64,000 bases of DNA. It comes from Candidatus Babelota bacterium (GTDB lineage Bacteria; Babelota; Babeliae; Babelales; Chromulinivoraceae). The stretch spans positions 815 to 64,814 of the forward strand of contig JAPLIP010000036.1 of the NCBI GenBank assembly GCA_026389065.1. The letters are read 5' to 3'. How positions within the stretch are numbered: the first letter of the stretch is position 1; the number at the start of each line of letters is the position of its first letter. The translations under genes were made by a program, and so were the position numbers. The notes under the pieces were generated by a model that was given only the letters and a program-made list of their open reading frames with translations, was not told the DNA's origin and did no database searches. Of this stretch, positions 18,334 through 26,531 are shown one piece after another.

Positions 18334-19398
18334 TTAAAATTTTGACCCTGAAGTATCCTGAGACCCTAAGCCAACTTCCTCAAGTCCATGACCAGAAGAA
18401 ACAAGCTCAATTTCTAACCCCAACAATTCTGAAGCCAGGCCTATGTTTTGACCAAGTTTACCAATAGCAAGCGCTCTTTGGTCTTCACTGACCCAAGCGC
18501 GAGCTCTTTTATCATCTAATAATTCAACTCTGTTAACCTCTGCGGGACGCAAAGCAAGAGCAACAAGCTCTTCTTTTGAATTTCCCCACGAGAAAACATC
18601 TATTTTTTCACCATCAAGCTCTTTTAAAATAGGCTTAATTCTGCCGCCGCCAACACCAATACATGTCCCAACAGGATCAATGTTTGGATCGTTTTGCGAC
18701 ACAATAACCTTGCTCTTGTATCCAGCTCGACGAGCAACAGCTTTAACCTCAATCAATTTATCATAAATTTCAGGGATTTCTAATTCAAGCAAGCGAGCCA
18801 AAAACTCACCAGATGAACGATCTAAAATAAGCTGTCCAGTGCTACGATGCTCCTGATGAACTGTTTTTAAAAGTGCCCGGATAGGGCGACCGATAACATA
18901 AGTTTCTGTGGGAATAGACAGAGACCTTGGCAAGAAGGCCATGGTGTCTCTAAGCATAACAAGCGCACCATTTTGCTCATGTTTATGAACAACGCCCTGC
19001 ACGATATGACCCTCTTTGTCTTTAAACGCTTCGTAAACACTTAAAGCTTCAATATCTTTAAGTCTTGCCGCGATAACCTGACGAGCTTTTAATATTTCAA
19101 CACGCCCAATAGGCTCTTCAAACGCTATCCAAACTTTATCGCCAAGCGTAATACCGCTTTGTACGGCCTGAGCCTTTTTTAGCGATATTTCCATGACTGG
19201 ATCTTCAACGGTAGCAACGACAAGTTTTTCAACTTCAACAAGAATTGATTCTGTTTTTTTGTTTACAGAGACTCTCAAAATCGCTTCTGGGTACTTTTTA
19301 GAATAAGCTGCCAAAATGCCTTCACAAATAACACTCTGCAAAGACGCTTGGTCTAAACCTTTTTCATCAACAAGTTCTGCAATAACTTTATTTAACAT
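18334..19398 (-). CDS. nusA: Transcription termination/antitermination factor NusA
   Basis: N-terminal 'MLNKVIAELVDEKGLD', an S1 domain and KH domains ('DPVGTCIGVGGGRIKPI', 'ALAIGKLGQNIGLASELLG'). Start chosen at ATG 19398, not the upstream in-frame ATG 19464. Confidence 0.9.
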   Translation of the reverse strand: MLNKVIAELVDEKGLDQASLQSVICEGILAAYSKKYPEAILRVSVNKKTESILVEVEKLVVATVEDPVMEISLKKAQAVQSGITLGDKVWIAFEEPIGRVEILKARQVIAARLKDIEALSVYEAFKDKEGHIVQGVVHKHEQNGALVMLRDTMAFLPRSLSIPTETYVIGRPIRALLKTVHQEHRSTGQLILDRSSGEFLARLLELEIPEIYDKLIEVKAVARRAGYKSKVIVSQNDPNIDPVGTCIGVGGGRIKPILKELDGEKIDVFSWGNSKEELVALALRPAEVNRVELLDDKRARAWVSEDQRALAIGKLGQNIGLASELLGLEIELVSSGHGLEEVGLGSQDTSGSKF

Positions 19399-19666
19399 TT
19401 TATAACAAGGACCCCGATTTTGAGAATTACAATTTTCTTTAAAGATATTTTTGATAAGTAACATAAAATATTATAGCCAAAAAAATAAAAATGAAAAGTA
19501 GAAAGATAGCTACCCCGTTTTTTTTGGATCATCTCTTTGATATTATTATTATTTATATATAGATATTTATATCTTATAGTAATAGGTGAATCGTGTTTAT
19601 GTGGATAACTCGCAACCAAACTAGGTGTTTTTGTTGTTCTAATAGTCTTTTTTTTCTTTAAAAACA

Positions 19667-19700
19667 TGTGGATAAGTGGTGGATAACTATGTGGATAACT
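19667..19700 (-). repeat. Left DnaA-box array: three head-to-tail 11-mers (tgtggataagt / ggtggataact / a / tgtggataact)
   Basis: Read directly from the sequence. Inverted relative to the right array. Confidence 0.9.
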
Positions 19701-19811
19701 CATGGGGGGTAGTGCCTTTGTGGGCTCTGGATCGCGCTATCGCAATGTTGCACACTTGGATTTCCTGATCCAGAGCCAGTATTTGATCATTGGATGGGGA
19801 TAGGGGGGGTG

Positions 19812-19855
19812 AGTTATCCACAAGTTATCCACCACTTATCCACCACTTATCCACA
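19812..19855 (+). repeat. Right DnaA-box array: four contiguous 11-bp units (agttatccaca agttatccacc acttatccacc acttatccaca)
   Basis: Read directly from the sequence. The 11-bp period is roughly one helical turn. Confidence 0.9.
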
Positions 19856-19864
19856 TAAAATTAT

Positions 19865-21325
19865 TTACCCAAAAATGTACTTTTGTATAAAATGACTCCA
19901 AGAGTTAGTCATGGCAAATGGTGACTTTAAATAATTTTGAGATATTGAGTGCTCTGGAAAGTAAATTGAAATCCCTTGAGCGTTTTTTAGTTTTTGGCCT
20001 ACACAGTTAGCAACTACAAATTGAGGTATTATGTCTAACCCTTCTTGCAGGGCGCTGCTCAATTCTCTTTGAAGGGCTACCTCGCGAGATTTATCTTTGA
20101 TACTTATGTGCTGAACGTGCTGCTGTATATTTAAAAAAAAGTGACCAAGGTCTATGTAGCTTGGTTCGTCAAAGCAGGTGCAGTATTTTGTTGATTTGCA
20201 CTTTCTTAATATGTCTGAAGCGCTATGATTTGTTTGATGTTGCAAAGCCTCTATTAACAATTCTGAGACTTTGCTGATGCTATCTTCTAGCGCCTGAGAA
20301 AAAGAAAGATCAAGTGCTGATTGGGTATATTCATTTATTATTTTTTGATAGTTTTGCTCATATGAAAACACAAGCTGCTGGGCAAGTTCTTTTGGGCTTA
20401 GGCTTTGTTTTAGCAGTGGCTTTAGGGCTAGCTCATAATTCCAACCTGTTCCATACTCTACCTCTTGCGATGAAACCATGTATTGAGAATATTTTTTTGC
20501 TATCGATGCAATTCCTATCATAGACATGAGGCATGCGTCAAACCCTAGGATTGCTAATTTTTGCTTAGATAAAACATTGTTATAAATTTCATGTAATGCA
20601 AATTCTAAGTCGTGGTTATTTATATAGCTTTTGAATGTGTCATCGAAGCAAATCCCGCGCCTTCCATCGAGTAGTATATTTTTTAAAGCTTCTTGATATA
20701 AAAGCGCTATGTATCCAACGCCTCTATCGATTTCTAGCATGTTATCTGTAGGGTTTGCGTAAAACAAATTGCATGGATTAATCGTTCTAGAAAAGCTTGG
20801 GTCCTGTTCGCCAGATCCATGATTCCAAAGAATTAAAGCGTATTCATCTGCTGGATAGTGTGAAGCAGACCATGCTACAAAGTCGATCAGAGTATTCGGG
20901 CTTCCGCTGTTAAGTTTTTGCATTGGAGAGTCCTCTCCGAGCACCAGTAGTTTTCTTCCCGCCTTTACCACATATCGTCTTGTAGGGCTTGAGTTTCCAG
21001 GTGTGTTTAGCTGAACAACAATGTTTACGTTTTCATTAGAACCAATAGATTCTAGTTGCTTTAGGTTTTTCCATGCAAAGTAATGAAGGTCATTATCGGC
21101 TGCCATGTAAACCATAAAAGTTAGCGGCTTTTTTGAATGTATTGAGCGTATTTCTGCGCAATCTTTTTCTGTATAAAAGTCTTCCTTTTGTGACTCTATG
21201 GCAAGCTCAAAGAGCTCATCTGTTGATATAAGCCTAGGGTCTAACCGACCGTGTGACAAATCTGTTTGCAGCATGGTAAAAATGCATAGGGTAAAGATTT
21301 TTGCTTTTTTTGCATAGTGCTTCAT
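19865..21325 (-). CDS. Clostripain-like cysteine peptidase (family C11), secreted
   Basis: Catalytic His/Cys contexts 'ALILWNHGSG' and 'ILGFDACLMSMIGIA', 'MVYMAADNDL' near the N-terminus, and a signal-like N-terminus. Confidence 0.7.
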   Translation of the reverse strand: MKHYAKKAKIFTLCIFTMLQTDLSHGRLDPRLISTDELFELAIESQKEDFYTEKDCAEIRSIHSKKPLTFMVYMAADNDLHYFAWKNLKQLESIGSNENVNIVVQLNTPGNSSPTRRYVVKAGRKLLVLGEDSPMQKLNSGSPNTLIDFVAWSASHYPADEYALILWNHGSGEQDPSFSRTINPCNLFYANPTDNMLEIDRGVGYIALLYQEALKNILLDGRRGICFDDTFKSYINNHDLEFALHEIYNNVLSKQKLAILGFDACLMSMIGIASIAKKYSQYMVSSQEVEYGTGWNYELALKPLLKQSLSPKELAQQLVFSYEQNYQKIINEYTQSALDLSFSQALEDSISKVSELLIEALQHQTNHSASDILRKCKSTKYCTCFDEPSYIDLGHFFLNIQQHVQHISIKDKSREVALQRELSSALQEGLDIIPQFVVANCVGQKLKNAQGISIYFPEHSISQNYLKSPFAMTNSWSHFIQKYIFG

Positions 21326-21370
21326 ATGGCTCCTTTTTTAATAAGCGCGTATGGTGAAAAATTATTTATA

Positions 21371-22504
21371 CTAGGATCGTATAAAGCTTGCAGGAGCAAA
21401 GGCAACTGTTTTTGAGTATTTAGCTCTAAAAAGCCATATGATAATGTATGTGACCCCAAAGCTCAGCTGAAAATCTAGAAATAGAATTTGAAGCGGGTTG
21501 TGCATAAGAATTATTAAGGTTGTCGTTGTTAAGGCGTGGATACTTGAGTAGGTAAACTTGTTCATTTTGCTAAACATTTGAAAAAGAATCATGAATAGAG
21601 CACGAACAAATGAAATGCTGGGGTAGGTTATTTCAAAGTATCCAATTGATAGAAGTGTTCCCAGAAAATATCTATATGAGTGCCTAATTCTTAGGTAGTG
21701 CAGGCATGTCATGAGCAATCCAAAAATGGTTACTAGGTGAATTCCGGAGCGTGCCATATGATGCGCAATTCCAAGGTAGATGGAGTTGTGTTGCATTGCA
21801 ACAGTATCTAAGTTTTTTTCTCGTCTTCCTAGAAACAGTGGGCTAAAAAGGCTAGTGGCACGTTTGCTTAGCTGTGATGTAAAAAGATTAAAATATCTTT
21901 TATGGATTGGCAGCCCGGCATCATTTTTAATGATAATCTTGTTTGATGCTATAAATGCAGAGGCCCAAATATTTTCTTTTATAAGGTACGATTCGTACTC
22001 GCATCCAACTTCTGGCTTAGTTAGTTTTATCTGGCTTATTTCAATTGTTTGCCCTTCTTGCAGCCGGAAAGTTCTTTTGGTTGGTGCGTAGATTAAAATA
22101 TTTTTTGATATTTTTGATTCTTTTAATTCGTGGTTTGTTGCGCTTGTTGCGTGCAACAAAATTGTTGTTTGTTCTTTTGCCAGGCTTGAATTATTTATTT
22201 GGCATATAACCCCTTGTAGGGTGAGAGACTTGTGTAGCAATTCGCTCTGAGAATTATAATTGTTGCGCATTTGCTTGATTTGTAAAAATGCACCGGTTGA
22301 AAACAACATGCATAAAATTAAAACAAAGCTTTGGTGCTGCTTTTGCTCAAATGCGGTATAAAAAAACAGCGCAGCATAGGCAATAGGGATTGCCATCCAG
22401 TAGCCAGAAAGTATTGCCAGAATTGATAGAGCCGTTGCTACGGTTATTGTTGCAATGACATGTGGAAAAGGAACTGCGTAAAAGAAGTCAAAAGAAGTTT
22501 TCAT
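21371..22504 (-). CDS. ComEC/Rec2-family integral membrane protein (competence-domain only, short form)
   Basis: Polytopic membrane protein. 'FSPLFLGRREKNLDTVAMQHNSIYLGIAHHMARSGIHLVTIFGLL' matches the ComEC core motif (G.aHllAiSGlHv). Confidence 0.55.
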   Translation of the reverse strand: MKTSFDFFYAVPFPHVIATITVATALSILAILSGYWMAIPIAYAALFFYTAFEQKQHQSFVLILCMLFSTGAFLQIKQMRNNYNSQSELLHKSLTLQGVICQINNSSLAKEQTTILLHATSATNHELKESKISKNILIYAPTKRTFRLQEGQTIEISQIKLTKPEVGCEYESYLIKENIWASAFIASNKIIIKNDAGLPIHKRYFNLFTSQLSKRATSLFSPLFLGRREKNLDTVAMQHNSIYLGIAHHMARSGIHLVTIFGLLMTCLHYLRIRHSYRYFLGTLLSIGYFEITYPSISFVRALFMILFQMFSKMNKFTYSSIHALTTTTLIILMHNPLQILFLDFQLSFGVTYIIIWLFRAKYSKTVAFAPASFIRS

Positions 22505-22604
22505 AGTGGATTAATTATAGCAAAAAATGATTTTTTCTCTAGACTTAAAGGCAAATAAATAAGCTTAAAACAAGAAAAAATTAATTTTAAAAAAAGAATA
22601 AAAA

Positions 22605-25229
22605 ATGAAAAATATAGATAAGCGAGTTCATAAATTTACCCTATCAAACGGCTTGACCATCTTGGTCTGCCCTAAAAAACAATCATCAAAAGTTTCGTTA
22701 CAGCTTTGGTACAATGTCGGATCAAAGCATGAAGTAAATGGTGAAAAAGGAATGGCTCATTTTATTGAGCATATGATTTTTAAAGGCACTAAGGATTTGC
22801 TTACCGAGTCAGATATAAACATGATCACGCAGAAATTATCGGGGTATGCCAACGCTTTTACCTCTTATGATTACACTGGGTATCTGTTTGATCTTCCTGT
22901 TGCAAATTGGGCAAAGGTTTTACCTGTTTTTGCAGACTGCATGCAGAATTGTACTTTTGATCAAGAGCATATGAACTCTGAAGTCAAAGCAGTTATTCAA
23001 GAGCTTAAAATGTATCGAGATGATTTTTCTTGGACTCTTGCAGATAGTCTTGTAACCAACATTTTTGAGTCGCATCCGTATCACTACCCTATCATTGGGT
23101 ACAAACAAGATTTATGGAGCTTGCAAAGACAAACACTCGTTAATTTTTATAAAAAATATTATATCCCGCAAAATGCTGCACTTGTAATAGTTGGTGATAT
23201 TGATGTGCAAGATGCTTTCGAACAAGCGCAAAAAGCATTTGGAAACATTGTCAGAGGTGCAGACATTGAAAAGCCTGACTTTTTCGTTGATGAGGATTTG
23301 CAAGCAAAATCAATTACAATTTATCGAGATGTTGCGCAAGCAACTTGTATGTTGGCATTTGTTTTGCCTGGAGCTACGGCACAAAAAGAATTTTTGTATG
23401 ATCTTTTGGCCTACCTGTTAACAAACGGAAAAGGATCTCGACTTCACAAAATTTTGGTTGATGAGCTTGAGATTGCAATCTCGATCCACGCTATGAGCTA
23501 CGATTTATTCGATAGAGAAATTTTCTTTATCGAATTTAAGCCTAAAAAAGAATCAGGCATTGATCAAATTAAAGAAATTATCTTACGAGAAATCAGTGAT
23601 TTGTCTGAAAACGGAATTCCTGATTTTGAGCTGCAAAGAGCGTTAAAGCTTGCACAAGTTGATTATCAAGACTTGCTTGAAGATGTGCAAAAACAAGCCT
23701 ATGCAATTGGCAAATCTTTTACTGCAACGGGCGATGAACAGTATCCTTTTACCTATTGTAACTATGAAAAAGATGATGCTTCAAATCAGGTTCAAAGTCT
23801 TTTAAAAGAATATTTTAGACCGACTTTATGCCATGAGGGAAAAATCATACAAGCTCCAAAGTCAGAGCTTGGTTATTTGAAAAAACTACAAGAAGATTCT
23901 GATGAGCTTGACACTAAAATTTTATTTGGAAAAGAGCGCACATCAGATGTGGTTGATGGGTCATATGTCCATACCATTAATGTTGAAAAGCTAGCAAAAA
24001 AGCCCTCTCCTGTTGCAAAAAAAGTCACATTAAAAAATGGCTTACAGGTTCTCTTTCATCACAATGCTGATGTTGATTTGGTTGAATGCATTTTAAGCTT
24101 AAAGGCAAATCATCACCATGATCCAGCTGGAAAACACGGCATTGGGTATATAGTTTCTAAGATGATGCTCGAAGGCTCCTCTGCCTATCCAGGCTCTTTG
24201 TTTACCCAGCATGCTGAGTCGTATGGAATCTCAATTTCATCAAATCCAGGACAAGTGTTAATCACTATGCTTTCGCAAGATGTTTCAAAAGGAATGGAGC
24301 TTCTTGGTGAGATCGTTAAGAATGCAACATTAAGCGCTGAGAGCTTTGATAGAATAAGAAGCAAAACAAAGTCACAGCTTGTTCAATTTTGGGACACTCC
24401 GACCAAGTGTATTTCTCAGGTGGCCTCAGAAAAAATTTATGGCAATCATCCATACGGAAATATGGCCTGGGGTAGCGAGCAAAGTCTTGATAGTTTAACC
24501 CCTCAAGAATGCGTTAATTATTATAAAAATATGATTTCTCCCCAGGAGGCAATTTTATCAATTGTTGGAAATTTTAATCCAGAAACTCTTATTGAATCTA
24601 TAGAAAATTCGCTCGGGTCTTCATGGGCTGGTAACCTCATAGCAGATTTGGATTATCCAGCTATTTTGCCGGTGAAAAAAGAAGAAATAAGCATTGAAAA
24701 AAACCGAGATCAAGTAGCTGTTGTTTTTGCTGGTTTGTCAGTTGATCGGCTCGATCCACTCTACGATGACTTGCTAGTTTTTAATCAAATTTTAACCGGT
24801 GGAATGAGCTCTAGATTATTTGATTTGCGTGAACAAAGCGGTCTTTTTTACACGATTGGCGGATCGGTTGTTTCTGGCTCGGGAAAACAGCCAGGTATGA
24901 TTTTTATTAAAACAATTGTTTCAAAAGATCGTTTGCAAGAAGCTCAAGATGCCATAGCAAATTGTCTTGATAGTGCGGTTGATACGATTACAGATCAAGA
25001 ATTTGATGAAGCAAAAGAAGTTGTTATAAATACGTTTCCGACGCTTTTTGATTCAAATGAAAACATGGCATCAACCTTCTTGTTTTTACAAAAGTATGAA
25101 TTGCCTGAAAATTATTTTGAAAATCGAATTGATACCATTCGTGCAATCGATATCAATAGAATGAAAGAGTCTGTTAAGAAATATTTAAACAGTGAAAAAT
25201 TAGTTTGCGTTAGAATCGGCAGAATTTAA
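22605..25229 (+). CDS. Fused double M16-family (pitrilysin-like) zinc peptidase
   Basis: The N-terminal half carries the inverted zinc motif HxxEH ('GMAHFIEHMIFKGT'). The second half is a repeat of the M16 fold without that motif. 874 aa. Confidence 0.85.
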   Translation: MKNIDKRVHKFTLSNGLTILVCPKKQSSKVSLQLWYNVGSKHEVNGEKGMAHFIEHMIFKGTKDLLTESDINMITQKLSGYANAFTSYDYTGYLFDLPVANWAKVLPVFADCMQNCTFDQEHMNSEVKAVIQELKMYRDDFSWTLADSLVTNIFESHPYHYPIIGYKQDLWSLQRQTLVNFYKKYYIPQNAALVIVGDIDVQDAFEQAQKAFGNIVRGADIEKPDFFVDEDLQAKSITIYRDVAQATCMLAFVLPGATAQKEFLYDLLAYLLTNGKGSRLHKILVDELEIAISIHAMSYDLFDREIFFIEFKPKKESGIDQIKEIILREISDLSENGIPDFELQRALKLAQVDYQDLLEDVQKQAYAIGKSFTATGDEQYPFTYCNYEKDDASNQVQSLLKEYFRPTLCHEGKIIQAPKSELGYLKKLQEDSDELDTKILFGKERTSDVVDGSYVHTINVEKLAKKPSPVAKKVTLKNGLQVLFHHNADVDLVECILSLKANHHHDPAGKHGIGYIVSKMMLEGSSAYPGSLFTQHAESYGISISSNPGQVLITMLSQDVSKGMELLGEIVKNATLSAESFDRIRSKTKSQLVQFWDTPTKCISQVASEKIYGNHPYGNMAWGSEQSLDSLTPQECVNYYKNMISPQEAILSIVGNFNPETLIESIENSLGSSWAGNLIADLDYPAILPVKKEEISIEKNRDQVAVVFAGLSVDRLDPLYDDLLVFNQILTGGMSSRLFDLREQSGLFYTIGGSVVSGSGKQPGMIFIKTIVSKDRLQEAQDAIANCLDSAVDTITDQEFDEAKEVVINTFPTLFDSNENMASTFLFLQKYELPENYFENRIDTIRAIDINRMKESVKKYLNSEKLVCVRIGRI

Positions 25230-25239
25230 GAACTATTTT

Positions 25240-25297
25240 AGTAGTCGCAAAAAGATAAAACAAATAAAACATTTTCTCTTTTTGCGACTACTGTTTT
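25240..25297 (+). terminator. Rho-independent terminator after the M16 peptidase gene
   Basis: 15-bp perfect stem agtagtcgcaaaaag (25240-25254) / ctttttgcgactact (25278-25292) followed by gtttta. Confidence 0.7.
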
Positions 25298-25330
25298 ATA
25301 GGTCCTGGAGCCATAGGGTATAGTTGGTTT

Positions 25331-25845
25331 ATGAAAATTGCTGCAGCGGTTATTTTTTTACTGTTTTCCTCTCAAGTCTTTTCGCAAGAAAACCTAAGGG
25401 TTGATTTTACTGCGAGGGGGAAACGAAAAAAGCTTTTTAAAATAAATTTCTTTCATGGTGATAGTTCTGTTGGGTTTTTGTTTGTTTATAAAATCCATGG
25501 TTCTAGGGCATATGTTTTTTATAGTTTATATATCTACACAGAGCATAGAAACAATGGTTATGGCGAGTTTTTTTAAATCATTCGTGTGATTATATCAAAA
25601 GCCTTGGAGCCAAAAAAGTTTATATTCAGCCTGGCTCTTTTGAGATAGTTGATAATAGAATTTGCAAGCCAGACGATGAAACTAAAAAAAATAACGACAA
25701 AAAGCTTTTAAGATTTTATAAAAGATGTGGTTTTAAAATTGCTGGAAAAGCAGCAAGGAAGATCGCGAGCATGGTTTATTCATTTATGAAAATAGATGAA
25801 AATGCCGATTTTTTAATGGTAAACAATCTTAGAGCAAGTCTTTGA
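25331..25845 (+). pseudogene. GNAT-family N-acetyltransferase with signal-like N-terminus, split by a -1 frameshift in a T7 run (25568-25574)
   Basis: Frame 2 ends '...YIYTEHRNNGYGEFF' at TAA 25574-25576. Frame 1 continues from 25573 as 'LNHSCDYIKSLGAKKVYIQPG...KKLLRFYKRCGFKIAGK...' to TGA 25843-25845. Together these give GNAT motif A (R..G.G) and motif B (FY.k.GF). Confidence 0.7.
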
Positions 25846-25917
25846 AAAAATGTCATTTTTTGCTATGTTGAACGTACGATTAAATCGATTGTTTTTAAAT
25901 TAAAAAGGAGTTTGAGT

Positions 25918-26064
25918 ATGAAAAATGTTATTAAAGTTTTTGGGCTATTATTTTTGTTGAGTTTTCTTGGAGGGTGCGCTTCTATTACTAGTGATGGTAC
26001 TGCTGTGTCGAATAATCAGCAAAAAAATGATCGCTCAAATCTCCCGGACGCGCCACAACCTTAA
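25918..26064 (+). CDS. Small lipoprotein (48 aa), not in the supplied ORF track
   Basis: aaaggag RBS 8 nt upstream of ATG 25918. 'MKNVIKVFGLLFLLSFLGGCASI...' has a lipobox L-G-G-C. Stop TAA at 26062-26064. Confidence 0.55.
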   Translation: MKNVIKVFGLLFLLSFLGGCASITSDGTAVSNNQQKNDRSNLPDAPQP

Positions 26065-26231
26065 TTTTTAAGAACATTAAAAAGCTAAAATCAATAAAAA
26101 GTTTTTAGCTTTTTACTATTCTGATTGATTTTATATGCAAAATAAAATGATTCTCTTGAAAAAGAAAGAAAATATTTTTTTTTAGAGTGCTTGCAGTGAT
26201 ATCGTTTAGCATTCTTTAAAAAAGGAATAAT

Positions 26232-26453
26232 ATGAAAAAATTCATGAGTATACTTGCTGCATTTGCTTTGTTAACAGTTGTAACTGGCTGTAAAAAATCT
26301 AAAAAAGATGAAAACAAGCCTGTTAAAAAAGAACATATGAAAAAAGATCATATGAAAAAAGATGACAAAAAAAAATCAATGAAAAAAGATCATGCAAAAA
26401 AAGATATGCATTCTAAAAAATCACATGATTCAAAGAAAAAATCATCTTACTAA
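26232..26453 (+). CDS. Small Lys/His-rich lipoprotein (73 aa)
   Basis: Lipobox 'LLTVVTGC' followed by repetitive 'KKDHMKKD...KKDHAKKDMHSKKSHDSKKK'. A terminator follows. Confidence 0.6.
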   Translation: MKKFMSILAAFALLTVVTGCKKSKKDENKPVKKEHMKKDHMKKDDKKKSMKKDHAKKDMHSKKSHDSKKKSSY

Positions 26454-26480
26454 AAACAATTTCTTAATTTAAGAATTTGT

Positions 26481-26515
26481 AAAAAAGGGCGCTTGTTTAA
26501 AGCGCCCTTTTTTTT
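26481..26515. terminator. Bidirectional rho-independent terminator between convergent genes
   Basis: A6-gggcgct-tgttta-agcgccc-T8. Confidence 0.8.
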
Positions 26516-26531
26516 GATAAAAAGTCTATTT

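Larger units (their letters stand above)
19541..19855. other. Putative chromosomal replication origin (oriC) or DnaA-binding locus: AT-rich unwinding candidate plus eight DnaA boxes
   Basis: Perfect TTATCCACA at 19814-19822 and 19847-19855, and as tgtggataa at 19600-19608, 19667-19675 and 19690-19698. One-mismatch TTATCCACC at 19825-19833 and 19836-19844, and as ggtggataa at 19678-19686. Nearly pure A/T tract at 19541-19586. Confidence 0.65.

Noticed and set aside
19392-19703. 103-aa minus-strand ORF spanning the nusA upstream region
   Set aside because: Its translation ('MSYPHSYPPLIHM...') is simply the reading of the DnaA-box repeats and the AT-rich tract. It overlaps the nusA 5' end, has no RBS or homology signal, and has a low-complexity composition.
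19701-19811. GC-richer core between the DnaA-box arrays as a small RNA gene (SRP/4.5S, 6S) or a MITE with DnaA-box-like terminal inverted repeats
   Set aside because: The conserved SRP domain IV motifs (GGAA tetraloop context, AGCA) are absent on either strand. No promoter/terminator pair is evident. No second copy of the element or target-site duplication is visible in the window. The hairpin (19723-19777) is retained as part of the origin-like finding instead.
19667-19855. Short tandem repeats as a possible CRISPR array
   Set aside because: The repeat unit is only 11 bp with no spacers, and no cas genes are present. The units match DnaA boxes.
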